Source: an uncultured virus (IMG/VR IMGVR_UViG_3300042294_002635) (taxonomy: Duplodnaviria; Heunggongvirae; Uroviricota; Caudoviricetes). From it: a stretch of DNA of 64,000 nt. This document shows, piece by piece, positions 20,932 through 31,453 of this stretch (its first letter is position 1; each line of letters opens with the position of its first letter). The translations under genes were made by a program, and so were the position numbers. The DNA lies in IMG/VR virus record IMGVR_UViG_3300042294_002635; one strand, 5' to 3'. The notes beneath the pieces are model-generated. The model did no database searches and was not told where the DNA came from. It saw only the letters and a list, made by a program, of their open reading frames with translations.

Positions 20932-21826
20932 GACAGTCCTTCACGCGTACAAAAACGGCAACTGCAACGTTACTTTGTGGTCTGGCGGCACCAAGAGTCG
21001 AGAAACTCTGGACGCAGACCCACCTTGGGCCGAACACCCGGAAAGCATCGACATAAAGATTACAAACTTTTGCGACCTGGCGTGCCCCTACTGCCATGAA
21101 AACTCCACTCTCGAAGGAAAGCACGGGGATCTTATCCGTTTGCTTAAAGCTTTGGAGCCTTTACCTCCAGGGGTAGAGCTGGCGATTGGGGGTGGGAACC
21201 CCCTATCCCACCCTGATCTCATACCTTTCCTTCGCAAAGTTAAGACCAAAGGGTTGGTGGCTAATTTAACCGTAAACGAGAGACACCTGGAACCCTACAA
21301 GTTTCTTTTGAGCTACTTGCGACGGAAAGATTTAATAAAAGGTATTGGTGTTTCAGTTACAGGTTCGAACCTGCCCCTGGTAAGACAATTCCTGAAAAAC
21401 AACCCGCACACCGTGTTTCATGTGATTGCTGGTGTGCACTCGCCCAGAGTTCTATCCGACCTAAGCACCCTCCCAAACAGCAAAACTCTTGTGCTCGGGT
21501 ACAAAACCTTTGGTCGTGGTGTCCAGTTCTACGGTAACAAAACCAAGCAGCTGCTTTCCGAGTGGTGCCGGGCCATTCCAACTTTCCTCGGAAAGACACA
21601 CTTATCGTTTGACAATCTTGCAGTGGACCAACTTAACATCAGGAGATTGCTAACGAACGAAGGTTGGTCGAAGTTTTACATGGGAGACGACGGTAGCTTC
21701 ACAATGTACATCGACGCCGTCGACGGCACATACGCAAAAACAAGCAGGAGTAGCGAGCGTACATCGTTCGACAACACCGACTTAATCTCTTACTTTCAAA
21801 GCTTGACTCCGAAAAGGTTCGGTTAA
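20918..21826 (+). CDS. radical SAM protein
   Basis: CxxxCxxC (CDLACPYC) and GGGNP motifs. Confidence 0.85.
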   Translation: MTTTETVLHAYKNGNCNVTLWSGGTKSRETLDADPPWAEHPESIDIKITNFCDLACPYCHENSTLEGKHGDLIRLLKALEPLPPGVELAIGGGNPLSHPDLIPFLRKVKTKGLVANLTVNERHLEPYKFLLSYLRRKDLIKGIGVSVTGSNLPLVRQFLKNNPHTVFHVIAGVHSPRVLSDLSTLPNSKTLVLGYKTFGRGVQFYGNKTKQLLSEWCRAIPTFLGKTHLSFDNLAVDQLNIRRLLTNEGWSKFYMGDDGSFTMYIDAVDGTYAKTSRSSERTSFDNTDLISYFQSLTPKRFG

Positions 21827-22946
21827 CCTCTCGCCCTGATGTGGTTTTCCTGGCTACAAGGGGGACCGCAAACTACGGACAGACAGGTTGTCCCTTTTAC
21901 AGACCTCAAACGACGAAACATGACTACTGCAAAAATAGTTAAGCCGCACCAATCAATTGCAACCAACACAAAACAGATGAAAAAAGCTATTTACAAGTTC
22001 TTCTTCGACTGCGGAAGAATGGGCGAGCTTGAGGGAATTTTTGTTGCCGAACCTCGGGATGTCAAAAGGTTGGTCGATAGTGGTGAAGAACTTTATTTCG
22101 GCGAAGTTCTCGGCAAGCACAGCGAAATTTCCGGAGTTGTATCCGTGGAAAACTTCACTTTCGTAACAGATAAGGAAGAAATTGTAAACTTCTTCGAGAT
22201 CCACGGGATGGCAACGGGCATTAACCCGCTTAGCTACTTCGAAGAAGAGGGTGCTGAGGATGACACCGATGATCGCGCCACGGATGGTACCATAGATTGG
22301 CCGAAGACCGCATTAGAGGAGCGCGCAAGTGAAGATTATCTCGTAGGGAACTGGTGAGGGAGATAAGTGGAACTAATCAACGCTAAACTGATTGACAAGC
22401 TAAGGTTAGTGGCCTCAAGGCGCCACCTTCTAGACCGGACGGACGAGCAAGGGACATATGACTTCGACCTGCACAACATAGACAGGGTCGACGACGCTTT
22501 TGACACAGGGTGCAGAGTCGGAGAGATTTATTTTGCGCGAGAACTTTGCACACTATTACGCATAGAGTACACAATTGAGTCCGACGACTGACTTACTGAC
22601 CCCCAATGAGCAAACCCCAAACAACCTTCAGCAACCTCTTAAGCAAACTTCAAGGGCTTAACCTCAAGCAAACGGGTTACTGGATCGACGACCTTCCGGA
22701 AGACATTTACGAAAACTTCTTCTACGGCACCGACTTCGAAGTTGTGGCTAGGGACTTAGACCTTGATAGGCACAGGTGGTACGAAATTTCCACAGAAGTG
22801 ATCAAGATTCACGGGTCTTTCCTTGGAATACGCCAAGTTACCCACTTGAAGAACGAAAACGACAGTGTCGGAGACGCTAGCTTCGTGTATCAATTCTTTG
22901 AAATGCGGGAGAAAACCGTGACTTCCTACGAAAAGGTGCCAGGCAA

Positions 22947-23291
22947 ATGCCCTTAATTTACGTCGCGGAACCTTACAACGACCGCGACCCCACTGTTGTA
23001 AAGTTTCGTATGAGTGCTGTAACCTACGAACTCGCACATCTTGCATCGAAAGGGTTAGTGGCATTCTCGCCGTTGCTTATGCACTTTGCCCTGAGTTCAG
23101 GTATTGACCTACCAACTGACTACAAGTTCTGGGAAAACCAGTGCCTAACGCTGCTGAGTAAGTCCGACGAGCTCTACGTCTTAACCTTGCCTGGTTGGTG
23201 TGAGTCCACTGGAGTTCAGTCCGAGATCTCTTTCGCACAGCTAAAGGGATTACCTTTCTCTCTCCACATTCCTGCGCTTCTAGGCGGTTAA
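22947..23291 (+). CDS. DUF1937 / nucleoside deoxyribosyltransferase-like protein
   Basis: 'IYVA.PY...FSPL..H...FW...C..LL...DEL.VL.LPGW.ES.GV..EI.FA'. Confidence 0.7.
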   Translation: MPLIYVAEPYNDRDPTVVKFRMSAVTYELAHLASKGLVAFSPLLMHFALSSGIDLPTDYKFWENQCLTLLSKSDELYVLTLPGWCESTGVQSEISFAQLKGLPFSLHIPALLGG

Positions 23292-23386
23292 CCGTTTGCT
23301 CGGGGACGGTTTCCCGGCTTGGTTTCTCGAAGAGAAAGCGTTATAGTATTTATAGACTGAATGACCCCTTAACCCCCCTAAGTAGC

Positions 23387-23995
23387 ATGACACCCCTCCC
23401 TCCCACAATCCTACAGGTTAAGTCCCTGCGAGAAAAGACCGGTGCTGGCCTGATTCTATGCAAAGAGGCACTTATTTTTTCTGACAGTGACGAAGCCGGT
23501 GCGATCACGTGGCTGCGGCAGAAAGGAGTGGCCTTAGCCGATGGTAAGGTTGGTCGGAGCGCACGAGAAGGCACCGTAGGCAGCTACATTCACACTGGCG
23601 GTAAGGTTGGAGTCCTTATCGAGGTGAACTGCGAAACGGATTTCGTGGCCAAATCTGAGCCTTTTCAGAATCTCGTGCTCAATTTGGCCATGCAAGTTGC
23701 AGCGTGCCCCTCTGTGTGCCACGTATCGATCTTTGACATTCCTGAGAAGACTCTGTTCGAAGAGACACGAATTGAGACAGGGAAAGCAGACCTTGCGAAG
23801 AAGCCCGAGGCAATTCGAAACAAGATCGTTGAGGGTCGTGTGGCGAAGAGATTCAGAGAGCTGTCTCTCATGGACCAGCCCTACATCAAAGACAACTCAA
23901 TTAGTATCGAAACATACGTGAAGAACTTCGCTGCGGTAGTTGGCGAAAACATCGTTGTGAAGCGATTCGTACGTTTTGTCCTCGGCAGCTCCTGA
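23387..23995 (+). CDS. tsf: translation elongation factor Ts (short type)
   Basis: VKSLREKTGAG..CKEAL, EG.VGSYIHTGGKVGVLIEVNCETDFVA, GENI.V.RFVRF. Confidence 0.95.
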   Translation: MTPLPPTILQVKSLREKTGAGLILCKEALIFSDSDEAGAITWLRQKGVALADGKVGRSAREGTVGSYIHTGGKVGVLIEVNCETDFVAKSEPFQNLVLNLAMQVAACPSVCHVSIFDIPEKTLFEETRIETGKADLAKKPEAIRNKIVEGRVAKRFRELSLMDQPYIKDNSISIETYVKNFAAVVGENIVVKRFVRFVLGSS

Positions 23996-24838
23996 GTCTC
24001 CTTAAACAAATGTGGTGCCCAGCCTTCTTACCATTGTGGATGCGAATGCCCCTCCCCCCGATGGGCAAAAGACTCGAAGATCTTCGAGCTGAGACCCTCG
24101 CCCTGAAGGAGGAAGAACTTTCTTTTCGAGAAGACACACTGAGGCTAAGAGCCCAGGAGCTGGCCCTTAAAGAGCTGGGGCTTGAAATTGAGTTAAACGA
24201 GTTAAACAAGCTGAAACAACCCCGAAAACAATGAACATCGAACTCGCAACACATGGAACACGAGTGGCCTACGTCCCACTCCATGCCTCAGGATGCCTAG
24301 ACCACTTTGACGTTGAGCACGGCACGGTATCCTCTCACAATGGTAAGAATGTTTTTGTAAAGTTCAACGAGGCAGTGTCCCGTTTTGGGTGGGACGGGGC
24401 TCCATCTCGGGCTTGTGACCCTGCCGACTTAGTAAAGGTTTGACCGATTAACCCTTAGCGGGGTTACCTGTCTTGTTCACGTTACAAACACTCGCTACAC
24501 TTAGTTGTCACACTCCGAAAACAACCTGAGCTTAAGCATGGACAAGCCTTTCCTCTTAATTGCCGGCGATCATTACTACCCTTCACGAGGGTCAGAAGAT
24601 TGGATAGCTCGTTTTGAAACTGTGAGCAAGGCTAGAGAGCAAATCGAGTACGTTGATTGTCCACGATTCTTCAAGTCTGGCCCCATGAAAGGCCAACTAA
24701 AAAGCAACGACATAACCTACTGTATTAAGTGCAGCAAAGACCCAGACCGGGAGTATGACTGGTATGAGATTGCTGACGTAAGGGACTGGGATTGAAAACC
24801 GCTAGTAACACACGTAAACAAACCAGTAACTGGAAAAA

Positions 24839-25981
24839 ATGACAATTACACGAAAAGAAATTGAAGACGGGATGATCCTGTTTTGCAAGTCAGGCAGCCA
24901 CGCCTATGGCCTCAACACCGAGATGTCTGACCTGGACTTTAAGGGCATCTGTGTTGCGCCACAGCGGTTTTACACCACTCTCGAAACATTTGAGCAAAAG
25001 GATAAAGGGTGGGCAGGGGAGCAACAAGACGAGGGTGAGTTCAACTCAAGATTCCCTGAGTTAGATAATTCCGACTCAGTGGTGTACGGCATTCGCAGGT
25101 ACCTGAGCTTGTTACGGTCGCAAAACCCAAACATTTTGGAGATGCTGTGGCAAACTCCCGAAAGCTACCTATACCTTGACTTTCTGGGGCAGTCGCTAAT
25201 TGATAACCGAAGGAAGCTCATTTCCAAGAGAATCTCTGGCACATTCGTTCAGTACGCAAGGTCCCAGATCAAGAAAATGGAGACTCACCGCAAGTGGCTC
25301 TTAAACCCTCCAACACGGCGACCGACGTGGGAGGACTACGGGGTTTCTTCGCCGAGCTTAACCCCCTCTCAAATCGAGTCATTCATTGAGTACTTGTACT
25401 TGCTGATTAAAGACAGAATCGAATACTACCAGCCTTCAGTCGAGCTGTACGAGTTACTCAACGACCGAGTTGATTGGAAGGGAATCCTGAAGCAGAGTGT
25501 CTTACCGGAAGAGTGCTTCGACGAGACGCAGAAAATCACGAGGGCAAGTGACGAGTACATGGCCCTTCTTCACTCAAGCCAGCAGTACCGGTCAGATTTA
25601 AAACGGTGGAGTAATTACCAAGATTGGTTGACTAATCGGAATGTGAAGCGATCCGAAGTCGAGCGAGCTTGCGGGTACGACGGCAAGAACGCCAGCCACT
25701 GTGTTCGGCTTATGAAGATGGCCATTGAGGGGATGAGAACCGGAGAGCTTCTTGTGAACAGAAAGTTGGTTGGGGACGCAGAGTTTCTTCTGGACATTAA
25801 GTACGGCAGGATTACGTATGACGAACTAAGCTCAATTGTAACTCAACTGTTTAAGGAGGCTGAGCACGTAATGAAGAACGAGTGCGTCTTACCGAGCACG
25901 GTAGATGACCAACTCATCAATACCCTCTGCGCTGAGACTGTGGAAAAATTTCAAAGTCTCGGTTGTATTGAGCACCGGTGA
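24839..25981 (+). CDS. predicted nucleotidyltransferase (Pol-beta superfamily)
   Basis: GSHAYGLNT..SDLDFKG, NPNILEML, YDGKNASHCVRL. Confidence 0.85.
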   Translation: MTITRKEIEDGMILFCKSGSHAYGLNTEMSDLDFKGICVAPQRFYTTLETFEQKDKGWAGEQQDEGEFNSRFPELDNSDSVVYGIRRYLSLLRSQNPNILEMLWQTPESYLYLDFLGQSLIDNRRKLISKRISGTFVQYARSQIKKMETHRKWLLNPPTRRPTWEDYGVSSPSLTPSQIESFIEYLYLLIKDRIEYYQPSVELYELLNDRVDWKGILKQSVLPEECFDETQKITRASDEYMALLHSSQQYRSDLKRWSNYQDWLTNRNVKRSEVERACGYDGKNASHCVRLMKMAIEGMRTGELLVNRKLVGDAEFLLDIKYGRITYDELSSIVTQLFKEAEHVMKNECVLPSTVDDQLINTLCAETVEKFQSLGCIEHR

Positions 25982-26002
25982 GAGCAAGGGTAACATTTTT
26001 CT

Positions 26003-26491
26003 GTGCGAATGCTTACTACTCACATGACAATTGAGACTGAAGCCGTCGAAAAAATTGAGTTGGTTTTCTCCCACATAAAAAACGTGCAGAGGAGCTGTTA
26101 CAAGCTTGGCCTGAAGCTAATGAAACGTGGCGACATTGAGCTGGGGCGCAACTTAATCGCAAACGGGCAGATCCATGACAATTCAAAGTTCAAGGGAATT
26201 GAGTTTGCACACCTTTTTCACTCAGACCCCTTGCTGTCCGAAGTCGTAAAACACCACCAGTCAGTAAACCCGCACCACCCTGAATACTGGGGGAGCATTC
26301 ACGACATGCCCAAAGTTTACGTCGCGGAGATGGTTTGCGATTGGTACGCAAGGTCCACCGAGTTCGGAACAGGAGTGAGAGAGTGGATTGACGACAAGGC
26401 AACCGAAAAGTTCGCCTTTACAGTTGAAGATCCCATCTACGCGACCATACAGGAAATGCTGTCGTTGCTCCTTGAGCCTTCCTTCACCTGA
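26003..26491 (+). CDS. HD-domain phosphohydrolase (DUF5662-like)
   Basis: HDNSKF, HH...NPHHPEYW, EMVCDW. Confidence 0.75.
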   Translation: MRMLTTHMTIETEAVEKIELVFSHIKNVQRSCYKLGLKLMKRGDIELGRNLIANGQIHDNSKFKGIEFAHLFHSDPLLSEVVKHHQSVNPHHPEYWGSIHDMPKVYVAEMVCDWYARSTEFGTGVREWIDDKATEKFAFTVEDPIYATIQEMLSLLLEPSFT

Positions 26492-28189
26492 GTCCTGTAG
26501 TTTCTTGGCCAGACCGGGAACGGTTAACCGTTTGATCCTGGGCGGTTTCCCGTCTTGTTTCTGCTCCGAAGAAACGGTATAGTATTTACATGAGCAGCGG
26601 TGCTCAGACACTTAGCCCCCTAACTCAGGAGACCCAATGGACTTTCAGGAATTTGTCGAATGGGCTTCCAACCAACCCCAGACCAAGGGTATTCGGTGGG
26701 GTCAACACCTTGTTAACCAGCTCATGAAGCTGAGCCCCACGGCTTATAGCCGAGTCCCAGAGGACCTAGACCCCTTCTACAGCGACACTCTTGTCCCAGG
26801 GTTCCTGGCCTTCCTAGGCGATAACTGGGGGAGTCTTACCACTCCGCTGTACCACCCTGAGATGGAGGAATGCGCTTAGTCCCCCGGTCAAACAAAGCCA
26901 GGGCAGCCCTGGAAAAGTCGATGGGCGGTGACAGCGCCGTTCGGCTGGAAAAACGCACTGGCAACAAAGTACTTGTCTCTTCCAAGAGTGGGTACTGCGT
27001 ATGGGTCGACCTCTCGGGAGACCCTAACTGGGATCTTGTCCTTTAACCCTGCCCCTATGAAGTTTATACTGAGCTTAATCCTCTGCGCCCTATGCTCGTT
27101 TTCTTCGGCACAACCTGCTTTCGCATACCACCCGGAGGGGTGGAGACCTTTCTGGTCAAAGGACGCTCAGAAAGTCACAGAGGAAAGCTGCAAGTTAATC
27201 GCTGGAGCACAAAGTGTTGGGACACAAACTTGGGAGTTTCTCTACAAGTGCCCCAACGGTGACTCCTTCTGGTCCGAGGTTCTCGTCCCCTTCAACCCCA
27301 CACTGCTTACTCCGCCCTTCTCACCAAATGGAAAAGCGTCACCAGACTCAGACTGAAGTCCCCTCGCAGACCTTGGGAGACCCCATAGCCCTGAGTAGCA
27401 CAGTTGTGGATGGCCTCTGGATCCTGATAATTGTGGCACTATCCCTCTCTGCTCTATTCAGGGTCTCCCGAAGCAGGGTCTTTCGCCAGAAGTCCCGGTT
27501 TTGACTACACTAAAAACACTCTCAGGTAACTCCCGCAAAGTCCATGGAACTCTATCGTAGTCTCACAGCTGAAGAAGAGGACTCTTTTCGTAGCTGGGCC
27601 AGGGAAAACTACGTCCCGTTTTCCGAGATAAAAGGATTCTGGCACCCTTCTGTGCAAGCAGAGTGTGTTCTCATGAATTCTGAAGCCGGTTTACTCACCC
27701 CATCTCACAGTTAAACTGTTAACACAATGTCTCACCTTGATTGTTCCGAAGATGACTACAAACTAAACCTTATGATTGAAGTGGATAACCTACTCTATAA
27801 GTTCCAAAAAGAAATACTCAGTACGAGGCAGGTTATCCCGTGGGCGAGCACCAGGGTTGGACCCTGCTACGCTGTCCCTCAGGACCAAGTTGTAGGGGTG
27901 TTTAAGGGGCTGAAGAAAGAGCTTTTAGCACTTTTAGTACGGAAGTACGACGTGAAACCGAAACTTGAGGGGCTTAATGTGTCATGACTGAAGGAGACCT
28001 AGAAAAGTTGGTAGAAAACGGAGACATTCTGAGCTACTCTTACTTAGAGGTTAAAGATTACCAGGGCTCACACTGCGGAGAATACCTACAACTCAATTTA
28101 CCGTCCGGAGCTTGCATAGGGGTAAGCTCGTGGTCAACTCCCGCCCCTGAAACGAGTGGGCTAAGAATAGGAGTTTATTAGGCGGACAG

Positions 28190-28515
28190 TCCTACCATAC
28201 GACTCTAAACTAGGGGTAGCTCTGGAAGATAGTGCCCTATACAGGGGTTCGAATCCCCTCACCTCCATTTGAGAACGTGACCGTCCCTTCTTCAACCTTC
28301 CGACTTACTGAGAAGGCAGGGTCACTGTGGGTTAAACTCCCACCTCTAGTCAAGGGGGTGCCATGGTCTCGCTAGGGTAAAGATGTCGCCTGAGTGAAAG
28401 CCGCTTGCATAAGCACAAAATAGACGCTAACAACATCGTCAAATTCGAGAGGATTGCCGTTGCCGTTTGAGCAACCGCACTCTGACTCATAACTCGGGGG
28501 GTTTCGGCCCCCTTA
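28190..28515 (+). ncRNA. ssrA: tmRNA, circularly permuted (two-piece) type; outer ends approximate
   Basis: T arm AGGGG-TTCGAAT-CCCCT and 3' strand CACCTCC-A (ends 28267) precede 5' strand GGGGGTG (28354), giving G3.U70; tag frame 28426-28470 = ANNIVKFERIAVAV*; 3' hairpin near 28496-28512. Confidence 0.9.
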
Positions 28516-29202
28516 CACCGCCAACTTTCCTGGCCAAAACAGCACCCTACACTCCAACCCACGCTGAAACACTGTGAACCTTGAACTAAAGGCCCTTAGT
28601 CCTTCAGGAAAGAAAAAGGCCAAGAAACTAATGTTGTACCCCGTAGAAATACGAAACTACGGTGTATTTAATTGGGCAGATTTCAAAAGTTCAGAAGACT
28701 TCTACCGGTTTAAGGTGGAGTGGGACACACACCAGGTCATGCGGGAGATCTTGTCTGGTTTGAACACCGAAGAGGTCACCCCGAATCCGACGAGCGACGC
28801 GGGAATTAACTGGACGAACTTGTCCGTGTCTCAAGAGAAAGTGTTTATTAACCTTGCCCGTATCATCCTGGACTTGAGGCAGAAAGCGGAAAACGCTGAA
28901 GAAGCGGCGAGAGAAGTCTCACGGCGGTTGGACAGAGTATGATAATGCTACTGAAGGGACCCGATGGGGGAAAATATATAGCCGACTGGACCCCTGATAG
29001 GGAGAGATGGCTAGTAACTGAGTTTGGCCCCCGAGTTGGTTCCGATGTGTTGCCGTCAGAGTGGTGGGACAAGGAAGCCAGAAATCACTGGGGACGATCC
29101 CAAACTTACGACACTCTTGAGGCGTTCACCGTACTAGCATCTCTCTAAGCCACCAACACGTTATCCTAACAGAACCAGGCAGAGCCCAAATCAGTAGGAA
29201 CA

Positions 29203-29898
29203 ATGAAGATTCAGTCAAAGTTCAAGGACTACTACGACTATGTGGAGTACTTGTACTCTCAAGAAGGTGGTGACCCCTCAAACACGTACGTTCGCAGAGA
29301 GCTGTCACAGTCTGGTCAATCGGACTCTTCGAATGTGTACGTAAACGTGAACCAAACCGACAACATACCTGACGTACCTTGCAGACGAAACTACTACGGG
29401 GAGATCCTTCCTTGGGTGTTTAAGTGGTGCTCAGTTTGCGGAGAGCTCTACCTTCTTGTTTCAAAAGAAAGTTCCACACCCGATTGGAAACTAATTACAG
29501 AAGACCACCCATCCTTGCGCATGCTACACAGCAGCCACCGGAGATGGTTCGAAGAAATTAGGATGGACGAAATATGGGGTGTTCCGAACAAAAGTTGTGT
29601 GGATATCTCAAGACAACTTCAGGTTCCCGTATTCGTGATAGAGCCCACTCCGAGGCTCAGCGGACTTAAAAAGTCGCCTCAAGTGGCCGTAAGTCGCGAG
29701 ATCCCAAACCTTGGAAAATTGGGCTTCGCCTCAGTAATTCCTGCTGAGCAAATGTACCAAAATATATCAATGTTTATTACCTCGCTGAGGGATAGCCCAG
29801 ACAATGTTCCACCTGTCAATGTATCGGACAAGGACCGGTTGACACAGAAGGGTTTTGACGCTAAGATATCCTTTCGAGGTAAGGTTCCCCGTGCTTAA
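29203..29898 (+). CDS. conserved phage hypothetical protein
   Basis: 'MKIQSKFKDYYD...KGFD.KISFR' 231-aa ORF. Confidence 0.65.
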   Translation: MKIQSKFKDYYDYVEYLYSQEGGDPSNTYVRRELSQSGQSDSSNVYVNVNQTDNIPDVPCRRNYYGEILPWVFKWCSVCGELYLLVSKESSTPDWKLITEDHPSLRMLHSSHRRWFEEIRMDEIWGVPNKSCVDISRQLQVPVFVIEPTPRLSGLKKSPQVAVSREIPNLGKLGFASVIPAEQMYQNISMFITSLRDSPDNVPPVNVSDKDRLTQKGFDAKISFRGKVPRA

Positions 29899-30134
29899 CA
29901 TCGAATGCTATCCTCGTTGATTTTAGACTCAACCGCCTGCCCCTGGTGCGGGTCCCCAACCTACACGTGGGGCAACGTACTTCCCGGTCAGTCTACACCA
30001 GGTCTAGGAGCCTACGACTCAAGGGAGCGGGAGCATCGCACTTGTGTAGAGTGTAAGGCCACTGTTTCTTAGTGCTACCTTGCTCCCCGCAAATAGCTCA
30101 GGTCCGTTCACTCCTCTTAAACCAACTTGGAAAA

Positions 30135-30995
30135 ATGACAACTTTTGACAAATGCCTCGGAGCCTTTATTGGCCTTGCAATTGGTGACGCGATGGGTGCG
30201 CCAGTGGAGTTTTCAGCCCCAGGGACATTCGAGCCAGTCACAGGCTACCGAGAAGGAGGACCCTTTAATCTGCCTTCAGGGTACTGGACGGACGACACAT
30301 CACAGGCTGTTTGCCTTGCCGAGTCTTTTATTCATTGCAATGGGCAGATCAATCTTGGAGACCAAATGCGTCGGTACTCCAACTGGTACGAGTACGGAAG
30401 GAACAGCTCAACAGGAGTCTGTTTTGACATCGGCAATGGAACACTCCGTGCAATTGAGACTTTTCTCGTTGAGGGGTCTTTGAGTCTCTATCCGGAGAAT
30501 TCGAAAGGAAACGGGTCTTTGATGCGTTTGTCCCCCGTTTCTATTGTTTACCACAAATCGAGTGAGGGGGACGCTGTAGCAGCTTGTGACGCGTCATCCT
30601 CAACAACCCATGGCCACTTGGCATCCGACCTATGCAAAGATCTCGGTCGTTTGCTGCACCGATACTTGAATGGTACGGGGGAGAAACCTGAAGTCTCGCC
30701 GGAGGGAATTGAAAATTCCGGGTACGCACCGAAGTCCTTAGACGCTGCTCTCTACCACTTTGGGTCAACTTCGTCCTTTAAAGAGGCCATCCTGCAGGCT
30801 GTGAACTATGGGGACGACTCAGACACGGTTGCTGCGATTACGGGGCAGCTAGCGGGTGCTTACTACGGGTATAAGGCTATACCAAAGCGGTGGATTTCAG
30901 GGTTGCACGACAGTGAAAGACTTTTGCTCATAGCAAGCACTTTGTACGACCTTTCGTTTGGGGCGGTTCCCCCCCCCCCCTTGTTTCTACTCTGA
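30135..30995 (+). CDS. ADP-ribosylglycohydrolase (DraG/ARH family)
   Basis: GLAIGDAMG.PVEF, WTDDTS, GNGSLMR, GDDSDTVAAITGQLAGA. Confidence 0.92.
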   Translation: MTTFDKCLGAFIGLAIGDAMGAPVEFSAPGTFEPVTGYREGGPFNLPSGYWTDDTSQAVCLAESFIHCNGQINLGDQMRRYSNWYEYGRNSSTGVCFDIGNGTLRAIETFLVEGSLSLYPENSKGNGSLMRLSPVSIVYHKSSEGDAVAACDASSSTTHGHLASDLCKDLGRLLHRYLNGTGEKPEVSPEGIENSGYAPKSLDAALYHFGSTSSFKEAILQAVNYGDDSDTVAAITGQLAGAYYGYKAIPKRWISGLHDSERLLLIASTLYDLSFGAVPPPPLFLL

Positions 30996-31036
30996 AATAA
31001 CGTATAATACCCTTACTTAAGCTCTCGAAACCGCAA

Positions 31037-31444
31037 ATGCATTTCTACGCGATCACACGCCGCGACCTTGACCCTGCTCAGCAAGCTATTCAGGCGGCTC
31101 ACGCACAAGTTGAGTTTGCGAGAGTACACCCTGATTCTTTAGCCCAAGACCACCCGCCTTTCGTATGGCTATCGGCTGAGAACAAGTGGGAGCTTTTGCA
31201 ACTCTCGTGTGTTCTTCGGAGTTACGGACTCTCGGTGGTAGAATTTCACGATCCGGACTACAAGGGGTTTGACCCCAGTGCCCTAGCGTGCCTGGTCGAC
31301 GAAGACCACCGCTATGTGCTCTCTGAGTTCCCTTTATGGGTTCCCCTCAGGGCTACGCCGGTTGGACACCAAGGGGAAACGGTAGCTTCACATTTTTTCT
31401 CACTAATGCGGGAAGGCCGCTTGGAGAACCACGCGGAGGGGTAA
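31037..31444 (+). CDS. peptidyl-tRNA hydrolase Pth2-like protein
   Basis: 'FYAITRRDL...QQAIQAAHA...EFHDPD...SALA'. Confidence 0.65.
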   Translation: MHFYAITRRDLDPAQQAIQAAHAQVEFARVHPDSLAQDHPPFVWLSAENKWELLQLSCVLRSYGLSVVEFHDPDYKGFDPSALACLVDEDHRYVLSEFPLWVPLRATPVGHQGETVASHFFSLMREGRLENHAEG

Positions 31445-31453
31445 AGTACCTTA

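Noticed and set aside
28212..28267. Stand-alone tRNA suggested by the GGTTCGAATCC T arm
   Set aside because: No upstream acceptor 5' strand or anticodon arm; the partner strand lies downstream, as in a permuted tmRNA.
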